In this document: piece by piece, positions 18,328-25,130 of the stretch
Numbering within the stretch: the stretch's first letter is position 1
How the letters are laid out: every line of letters starts with the position of its first letter
Assembly: GCA_033791485.1 (NCBI GenBank)
Contig: JASJGP010000070.1
Coordinates: 1 to 25,130, forward strand
Length of the DNA: 25,130 nt
Direction of reading: 5' to 3'
Origin: Desulfobacterales bacterium
Lineage (GTDB): Bacteria; Desulfobacterota; Desulfobacteria; Desulfobacterales; JAUWMJ01
The notes under the pieces: generated by a model
What the model was told of the DNA's origin: nothing
Seen by the model: the letters and a program-made list of their open reading frames with translations, nothing else
The model's database searches: none
Made by a program: the position numbers and the translations under genes

Positions 18328-19049
18328 TCTTTTCCAATCCAAGGTTTTCAAGTTGATTGATATTTTGATTTTCTGACCGATTATTCCAGAAATCATCAAG
18401 ATGAAACACAGACTGCATCATCTGATTGTTCTCCGCTATACATACAAATATTTTTGTCGTTTTAAGCCACAAGTCACATCATCGTGACAGATAATATGTC
18501 ATTAAAGCTTAACTCGCGACAAATAAAAGGTTATTTTGTCGCAAAAATTAATATCGCGACAAAAACATGCCGAAATATATTTCAGACAGAGACTTATTCC
18601 CCATTGAAACCATAATTGCCCAACGACATGTCTGATATCACAACTTTTTAGCAGTCTCCCAAAGTTTGTATATGTTGGTGCTATACGTAACAAAAGCTGA
18701 TTTTATAACTGATATGTCAATTTTATGAGAACGCTTGTAAGTTCATAAAACATGATTATAATGAATATATGAAAAAAAATCTGTCTTAAATACCTATCAG
18801 TTTCAATATATTATTTGCAAACAGGACTTTCTGTGCCATGAGCATAGCCCTCCCATTCTATAACTTGTCATCCATCTGTATAATCACTGCGCGGGAATAA
18901 ATATAAAATTACCGTGCCTAAGCTGAGTACTTACCGCCTTGTCATCCTGGTTTGTGTGCTCGATTATTCCTGTTTATTTCTGGCACGCATATTCTTTTCA
19001 AATTATAATCATCAAAAACGAACAACCTCTTTCAAGAAAGGTGAAAACT

Positions 19050-19613
19050 ATGAAAACTTTGCAGGTAAAAGAATTAATGATACCTATTTCGGAATACGCA
19101 TCCGTTCACGAAGATGCCAACATAACGGAGGCTATGCAAGCAATTGAAAGTAAAAATAAAAGTTACGGAGAAAGCCCCTATCGACATCATTCTCTTGTAG
19201 TCATTAATGACAATAATCATGTGGTGGGGCGCCTCAGTCAGGTGGACATAATGCGGGCTATGGAGCCCCGATATGACAAACTGGAAGATGCGCACTGGGT
19301 TAGCCGATCGGAGTTGAGTAAGGATATGCTGGTAACCCTGCGTGAGAGCTTTATGCTCTGGGAGGAACCATGGGAGGTAATGTGCAAAGGCTTGGGCAAC
19401 ATGAAAGTAAAAGATTATATGCAAGAACCAACTGAAGGTGAGCTCGTCTCGGAAAATGATACATGTAATATTGCCTGTCATAGAATTGTGATGGGACGCC
19501 ATCATAGCCTGCTAGTTACTCGAGACAAAGAAATAATTGGTATCCTACGTTCAACGGATCTTTTCAATAACCTCTATGATTTAATGGTTAAAGGTAACTG
19601 CCTTGAACCCTAA
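19050..19613 (+). CDS. CBS-domain (Bateman module) protein
   Basis: VKELMIP, LVVINDNNHVVGRLSQVDI, VKDYMQ and LLVTRDKEIIGILRSTDL. Start moved to ATG 19050 (AGAAAGGTG RBS) from the track's 18939. Confidence 0.85.
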   Translation: MKTLQVKELMIPISEYASVHEDANITEAMQAIESKNKSYGESPYRHHSLVVINDNNHVVGRLSQVDIMRAMEPRYDKLEDAHWVSRSELSKDMLVTLRESFMLWEEPWEVMCKGLGNMKVKDYMQEPTEGELVSENDTCNIACHRIVMGRHHSLLVTRDKEIIGILRSTDLFNNLYDLMVKGNCLEP

Positions 19614-19860
19614 TGCATTTATTGAAAAACTTTTTTGGCACGTTACTTTTAGTTTTAGAGGACAATGCCTGTCGCCTATAAGAATGATGCCACAAAAAAC
19701 GACCCTATTTATTTCCATAATTACTAATCATGGTTTGGCCCATAGTTTTCCTACATCAGAATGGCCTGTGTTGTTAGCACGTCAAGTTGTCCGGTATTTT
19801 TGACAAATGAAATGTCCGGTTGGTTAAATTTATATATGGTTACAACCAGAACTGATATTG

Positions 19861-19892
19861 GCTGGTTCAGGGGGATATCCCCTTGAACCAGC
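19861..19892. terminator. Near-perfect 32-bp palindrome downstream of the transposase remnant
   Basis: GCTGGTTCAGGGGGATATCCCCTTGAACCAGC has a single G-T mismatch. Confidence 0.55.
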
Positions 19893-19906
19893 GGCAATTC
19901 ATTCGG

Positions 19907-20323
19907 TCAAGCTGCTTTTTTTCTTAACTGTTCCAATATACTGCCACTTGAATCAAACCTCCCTAACAAATGCGGCCCTTTCCAAACTGAATAGCTGTCG
20001 TCCAGGTGATGACGAACCAACACATGCAAACCTGAACAGGTGTGTCGTAATGGTTGACGCTGTATCTGCAAGATCTTGTTGTCGTAACGTACGGTGTTGT
20101 CTTTGTTTACCACACGCTTTGGGGAGGGCCGCTGCCTTCTTCGGTCAAACAGACCATCATAACCGTATTTTTCATATCGTATTTTCCAACGCCTCATGCT
20201 GCGGTCACTGACTCCTATTATCCATGCCGCTTTAATCCAATTGATTTCTCCACTCATTGCTCTTAAAATAATCTCTTGTATTTTCATTGCCCGCCTTGCT
20301 GCGGAATCGGAATACATACTCAT
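19907..20323 (-). pseudogene. Transposase deletion derivative: N-terminal HTH fused in frame to the C-terminal domain, DDE core missing
   Basis: MKIQEIILRAM...AAWIIGVSDRSMRRWKIRYEKYGYDGLFDRRR..PSPKRV is joined directly to VNKDNTVRY...GPHLLGRFD...KKAA. AGGAGG lies 7 nt before ATG 20323. Confidence 0.8.
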
Positions 20324-20447
20324 AGGCAAACCTCCTATATCTTCTTGCCTCTTTGTATCCCATATCCACTAACCGGACAATTCATTTGCTTACAACACGT
20401 CGCTATAAATTATACGGTGTTATTAGGTGGCCGAAATGGAGCGGAAT

Positions 20448-20891
20448 ATGCTTCTGGTAATGTTCAAGAAAATATTATATCCAACCGATTTTTCAGATGT
20501 TTCAAAGAAGGCCATAGACTATATTAAGCAACTAAGAGAAAGCGGATCCGAGACGGTCATCGTGTTGCATGTCATTAATCAACGGGGTATGCAAGCTATT
20601 GAGCAGTATGCATCTGGAACTTTGATTGAAATAAATCAAAGGATAATGGATGATGCAAAACAGCAAATAGAGGTCATAGAAGATGAATTGAAGAAAAGTG
20701 GTTTTGAAGTAAAATCAATGATTAAAACGGGAATTCCAATGAGAGAAATATTAAAGGCCGAAGAAGAAAATGTCTCAGTTATCGTAATAGGATCTCACGG
20801 AAAAAGCTACTTAGAGGAGATTTTTCTCGGTTTTGTTTCCGAAAAAGTTTCCAGGAAATGCAAAAGCCCGGTTCTAATTGTTAAAAGATAG
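20448..20891 (+). CDS. Universal stress protein (UspA family)
   Basis: FKKILYPTDFS, VIVLHVI and VIVIGSHGKS..EEIFLGFVSEKV...PVLIVK. The start could be 20427, 20448 or 20460. Confidence 0.9.
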   Translation: MLLVMFKKILYPTDFSDVSKKAIDYIKQLRESGSETVIVLHVINQRGMQAIEQYASGTLIEINQRIMDDAKQQIEVIEDELKKSGFEVKSMIKTGIPMREILKAEEENVSVIVIGSHGKSYLEEIFLGFVSEKVSRKCKSPVLIVKR

Positions 20892-20914
20892 GGCGGGTTT
20901 CCGGACGCCCTTTT
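20891..20914 (+). terminator. Possible intrinsic terminator after the USP gene
   Basis: GGGCG...CGCCC followed by TTTT; the stem is short. Confidence 0.35.
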
Positions 20915-20957
20915 GAATTAAACACTACATTTTTTTTGGACATAATATAAAACCCAT

Positions 20958-21083
20958 ATGCCAAGACAAGCAAGCATAGATGCTCCTGGAGCATTACATC
21001 ACATCATTGTAAGAGGGATAGAGCGGTGTAAAATATTTAAGAACGATACAAGACAGGGAATTTTTTTTAAAACCGTTTTGTAA
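20958..21083 (+). pseudogene. N-terminal fragment of a REP-associated/IS200-like Y1 (HUH) transposase (RAYT)
   Basis: Manual translation MPRQASIDAPGALHHIIVRGIERCKIFKNDTRQGIFFKTVL* matches the typical RAYT N-terminus (MPR..R...PG..HH...RG.ER..IF). It degenerates at an 8-T run. Confidence 0.75.
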
Positions 21084-21209
21084 AGATCAGGTTCAGCTTG
21101 ACCTTTTTTCATAGATACGATTAAGCTGATAATAAACAAAACTGAAAAAGGTTTACTTGTACCTTGCGGCCTTTAGGTCGTAGCGTTAACCCCACCAAGG
21201 AGGGAAAAA

Positions 21210-21569
21210 ATGAATGTAATTCGTTTTAGTGAAGCCGAGAATTATGAACCTGAAAAGGATTGGAAAAGAGTCAGCCTTTGTAACCAGGAGGACATCTCAG
21301 TTGAACATTTTGTCAAGCCGCCAAAGCACAGCTCTCCTTTGCACGATCACCCCAATGCGCAGGTCCTTATTGTTCTAAAAGGGAAACTGTCAGTTATTAC
21401 AGACAACGATGGAGAACAAGAGCTTTGTGAAGGTGATGCGGCGTATATTCCGGGTGAGGAACCGCATGTTGTTACCAATCCATTAGACAAATTATCCATA
21501 GGTTTGGATATTTTTGTTCCGGGACGATCCTTTGATTTTTGGCTAAAACGAAAAACTGTTAAAGGCTAA
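21210..21569 (+). CDS. Cupin domain protein
   Basis: PLHDHPNAQVLIVLKG and GDAAYIPGEEPHVV cupin motifs. AGGAGG RBS. Confidence 0.88.
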   Translation: MNVIRFSEAENYEPEKDWKRVSLCNQEDISVEHFVKPPKHSSPLHDHPNAQVLIVLKGKLSVITDNDGEQELCEGDAAYIPGEEPHVVTNPLDKLSIGLDIFVPGRSFDFWLKRKTVKG

Positions 21570-21618
21570 CCAATATGGAGCTTCAGCTCCTTAAACAATT
21601 TAAAGAGGAATCACCTTT

Positions 21619-22872
21619 TTGCCGAATCTGACTGAAACAGAAAAAACCTATAGAATACACTGGGCCTGGGTGATTCTGGCCGTCTGTTTTTGCAACCTGT
21701 TCATCAATTATTCGATTCGGCTCGGTTATGGAGTTGTCCTGCCGGAGATGATTCGCGATCTCGAATTCAGCCGAACAGCGGGTGGCTCCATTTACAATGC
21801 CTATCTTTTTGTCTATCTTGCCTTGACGCCTTTCACGGGGTTTCTCACTGACAAGCTGGGAGCCCGTCGGGTGATTGCCGTATGTTCACTGATTCTGGGA
21901 ACAGGCGTGCTGCTTATGGGTACCGTCCGGAGCCTGCCTGACGCCTGCATTTTCTACGCTGTCGTGGGGCTTGGCGCTACCGGAATGTGGACACCCGTTA
22001 TTACCGTTGTTCAGCGCTGGTTCAGCCCTAAAAAGAGGGGACTCGCCCTTGGAATCATTTCTACAGGATACGGATTAGGATTTGGAACCATGGGCGCCGC
22101 ATTCCCCTGGATTGTCCAGCAGTTTAACTGGCGCTTTGCCTGGTATTTCCTGGGAGCAGCCGCCCTGGTTATGTTCTTTTTCAACAGTTTGTTGCTAAAA
22201 AGTGATCCTGCGTCCGCCGGCTATGAACCCTGGGGACAGAAAACAAGAATTGATTCAGTAAAAATCGCCCAATCAGAAAAACCCTCATTCGTAAAAAAGG
22301 TATTAAAATACAAACCGTTTTGGATTATCGGCTTGTCATATTTTTGCATCGCTTATAGCCTTTACGGTATAACAACTTTCATGGTGGATTTTGCACAATA
22401 TGAAATGGGGCTGCCCCTTGCTAAAGCAAGTTTTCTGGCGACAATTCATGGTGCTTGTCAAATTATAGGAGTATTGACAATTCTGCCTCTTTCAGATTAT
22501 CTGGGACGAAAAAAAACCATTATCATTTCTAACTTAGCTATAACCATTACATTGACCGGCATTCTGTTTGCCGGACAATCATGGATTATCCTATATATTC
22601 TTGTCGGTATTTTAGCGGTTTTCTACGGTGTGACATTTCCGATTTATGGAGCATGTGCCGGCGACTATTTCCCAAGAGCCCTCATGGGAACCGTCATCGG
22701 TGCCTGGACACCTTTTTACGGGACCGGAGCGATACTGGCTCACTGGGTATGCGGTATGCTGCGAGATACCACAGGAAGCTACAGCATTGCATTCAGCATC
22801 AATGCGATTATGGCTGCCCTCGGATTCTGCTTTTTTTTAATGTTAAATAAGAGTAAGAATATCCCCGTTTAA
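21619..22872 (+). CDS. MFS transporter
   Basis: About 12 hydrophobic segments, motif A variants GFLTDKLGARR and PLSDYLGRKK, and WFSPKKRGLALGI. TTG start after GAGGA. Confidence 0.9.
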   Translation: MPNLTETEKTYRIHWAWVILAVCFCNLFINYSIRLGYGVVLPEMIRDLEFSRTAGGSIYNAYLFVYLALTPFTGFLTDKLGARRVIAVCSLILGTGVLLMGTVRSLPDACIFYAVVGLGATGMWTPVITVVQRWFSPKKRGLALGIISTGYGLGFGTMGAAFPWIVQQFNWRFAWYFLGAAALVMFFFNSLLLKSDPASAGYEPWGQKTRIDSVKIAQSEKPSFVKKVLKYKPFWIIGLSYFCIAYSLYGITTFMVDFAQYEMGLPLAKASFLATIHGACQIIGVLTILPLSDYLGRKKTIIISNLAITITLTGILFAGQSWIILYILVGILAVFYGVTFPIYGACAGDYFPRALMGTVIGAWTPFYGTGAILAHWVCGMLRDTTGSYSIAFSINAIMAALGFCFFLMLNKSKNIPV

Positions 22873-22913
22873 ACACTACACACTTCGGCTTTAATTGAAG
22901 TCATTAATGCTGA

Positions 22914-22967
22914 GAGACCATTGCAAAACGGCACTTTTCGAAGTCTGCGCTTATCTGCAAAAGTCTC
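22914..22967. mobile_element. 54-bp miniature element with GAGAC..TTGCA ends
   Basis: Left end GAGACCATTGCAAAA; reverse complement of the right end GAGACTTTTGCAGAT. Confidence 0.45.
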
Positions 22968-22974
22968 AAGGGAT

Positions 22975-23137
22975 GATGAACTCGTAAAAAGTCCGATTTA
23001 GACGGTTTCGTAAAAAGTTCAAATCCAAGGCGTGCAAATTTTATAATTATGATGCGTACTTATCGTACGCAGAATGATTACGAAATACAGCACAACGTCC
23101 CGCTGAACTGAAGCGGGAGACTTTTTACGAGACCGTC
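22975..23137. mobile_element. Miniature element (TCGTAAAAAG-end family) with duplicated left end and 7-bp flanking direct repeat
   Basis: Left ends GATGAACTCGTAAAAAGTC (22975) and GACGGTTTCGTAAAAAGTT (23001); right end GACTTTTTACGAGACCGTC. AAGGGAT on both sides. Inner hairpins GCGTAC-TTATC-GTACGC and CCCGCT-N7-AGCGGG. Confidence 0.75.
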
Positions 23138-23187
23138 AAGGGATCAGTTCGCCGACACTATGGAGAGCTGAACCCTTTCAGGACAAA

Positions 23188-24600
23188 CTATATATCAAAA
23201 TATAAGAAAAACTCGTGGGGATGGGGGCGAAGTTTCATGGGATTCACTTCGTTTTCCGTCTTGTATTCAATCCACATGTCTATGGCATCCTGAGTAAAGA
23301 CATCACCTTTTAAAAGAAATTCATGATCCTCTTTTAATGCATTCAGGGATTCGTCTAATGAGCCCGGAGCAGACTCGACTTCAGCCAGTTCTTCAGGTGG
23401 AAGATCGTATATATTTTTATCAAGGGGCTCACCAGGATCCATCTTGTTTTGAATACCGTCTATGACTGCCATTAGCATGGCGGAAAAAGCCAGGTAACCA
23501 TTGCAGGAGGGATCCGGCGTTCTGAACTCTATCCGTTTTGCCTTGGGAGACGCTGAATACATGGGAATACGGATTGCCGCACTTCGGTTCCGGCTTGAAT
23601 AGGCCAAGTTTACCGGTGCTTCAAATCCGGGAACAAGTCTCTTATACGAGTTGGTTGTCGGGTTTGTAAAGGCGCAAAGGGCCTTGCAGTGCTTTAAAAT
23701 TCCACCAATGGCGTATAAAGCTTCCTGAGAGACTCCGGCATATTGATCTCCGGCGAAAAGGGGTTTATCTCCATTCCATATGCTTATATGTGTGTGCATG
23801 CCTGTTCCGTTATCTTCAAACAGCGGTTTCGGCATAAAAGTAACGGTACGATTGTGACGATAGGCAACGTTTTTCAAAACATATTTGAACCACATTAACT
23901 GGTCTGCCATCTGAAGCAACGGCTTAAAACGCATATCAATCTCTCCCTGGCCAGCTGTAGCCACTTCGTGGTGCTGGCATTCAATATCAATGCCAAGGCT
24001 CTCTAAAACCAGAACCATCTCTGTTCGCAGGTCCTGAAATTTATCCATGGGAGGAACCGGAAAATACCCTTCCTTGTGCCTTGGCTTATAACCCAGGTTT
24101 GGTTCTTCATTCCTGCCTGTATTCCAGACCCCTTCGATGGAATCAATTTCATAAAAAGCCCTGTTGCTTGACGATTCGAACTGGACATTATCAAAGATAA
24201 AAAATTCAGCTTCAGGACCAAAGTATGCGGTATCACCAATTCCGGTGCTTTTCAGATAGGTTTCGGCTTTTTGGGTGATATAGCGCGGATCACGAGAGTA
24301 TGACTCCCGTGTTATGGGTTCAATGATATTGCCTATAAGCACGAGGGTCGGCTCCTTGAAAAAAGGATCCATTTGTGCAGTAGTACTGTCCGGTACCACC
24401 AGCATATCGCTGGCGTGAATTGGTTGCCATCCGCGGATACTCGACCCGTCAAAGCCAAATCCATCTTCAAAGCTTGATTCATCCAGTTCACTGATAGGAA
24501 CCGTAAAATGCTGCCATACGCCCGGAAAGTCCATAAACCGGATATCAACAACCTTTACTTTATTTTTCTTAACCATGTCCAATACTTGTTTTGGCGTCAT
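23188..24600 (-). CDS. glnA: Glutamine synthetase type I
   Basis: [56 protein letters not shown] and the adenylylation-site NIYDLPPEE. Confidence 0.98.
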   Translation of the reverse strand: MTPKQVLDMVKKNKVKVVDIRFMDFPGVWQHFTVPISELDESSFEDGFGFDGSSIRGWQPIHASDMLVVPDSTTAQMDPFFKEPTLVLIGNIIEPITRESYSRDPRYITQKAETYLKSTGIGDTAYFGPEAEFFIFDNVQFESSSNRAFYEIDSIEGVWNTGRNEEPNLGYKPRHKEGYFPVPPMDKFQDLRTEMVLVLESLGIDIECQHHEVATAGQGEIDMRFKPLLQMADQLMWFKYVLKNVAYRHNRTVTFMPKPLFEDNGTGMHTHISIWNGDKPLFAGDQYAGVSQEALYAIGGILKHCKALCAFTNPTTNSYKRLVPGFEAPVNLAYSSRNRSAAIRIPMYSASPKAKRIEFRTPDPSCNGYLAFSAMLMAVIDGIQNKMDPGEPLDKNIYDLPPEELAEVESAPGSLDESLNALKEDHEFLLKGDVFTQDAIDMWIEYKTENEVNPMKLRPHPHEFFLYFDI

Positions 24601-24679
24601 TATAAAATCTCCTTTAATAAATTATTAATATATCTGTATAATCCATGTTTATCTGTGTCCCATTTGAATAAAGATAAAG

Positions 24680-25130
<451 letters not shown>

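Larger units (their letters stand above)
19769..20397 (-). mobile_element. 629-bp internally deleted IS (IS481/IS1202[ISNCY]-type, TGT...ACA ends)
   Basis: Ends TGTTGTTAGCACGTCAAGTTGTCCGGT and reverse complement TGTTGTAAGCAAATGAATTGTCCGGT. Subterminal repeat CAAATGAAATGTCCGGTT (19804-19821) matches the other end at 17 of 18. It encloses a truncated transposase ORF. Confidence 0.8.

Noticed and set aside
18939-19049. N-terminal extension of the CBS protein in the ORF track
   Set aside because: The RBS and the domain start both point to ATG 19050.
19858-20266. Plus-strand ORFs 19858-20211 and 20054-20266
   Set aside because: They are antisense to the transposase remnant and show no protein-like features.
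20398-20425. dif/xrs-like site beside the IS end (CGTCGCTATAA-ATTATA-CGGTGTTATTA)
   Set aside because: The XerD arm matches only 5 of 11 positions of TTATGTTAAAT, too weak to call without a lineage-specific model.
18262-23187. attR (duplicated tRNA 3' end) or integrase defining an intact island or prophage
   Set aside because: No repeat of the tRNA 3' sequence and no integrase or phage gene was found by eye.

Overview
This is a chromosomal window, most likely from a Desulfobacterota (Desulfobacterales-like) bacterium; the taxon is inferred from gene content and repeat style. Gene order: partial livH plus a LivK-like ABC binding protein (-), a small hypothetical gene (-), an AHL-lactonase-like metallo-beta-lactamase-fold hydrolase, a secreted TPR protein, a CHASE2 Ser/Thr kinase, nadE, a DUF362 Fe-S protein, a TIGR01212 radical SAM gene (-) divergent from mnmG, a class II DnaJ protein, hpt, a zinc-ribbon/acidic-repeat/DUF3426 membrane protein and tRNA-Met(CAT). 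An AT-rich accessory stretch follows (CBS protein, internally deleted IS481/IS1202-type element, USP, RAYT fragment, cupin, MFS), then glnD(partial)-glnB-glnA (-). The most striking unannotated pattern is that many intergenic gaps hold a miniature inverted-repeat element. One family has GTAA...TTAC ends with 8-bp target duplications (IS66-like). A second has GAYGNNNTCGTAAAAAG ends. Both behave as conserved shells around interchangeable hairpin or heptad cargo. No CRISPR array, rRNA or integrase was found. All family assignments come from motif recognition, not database searches.
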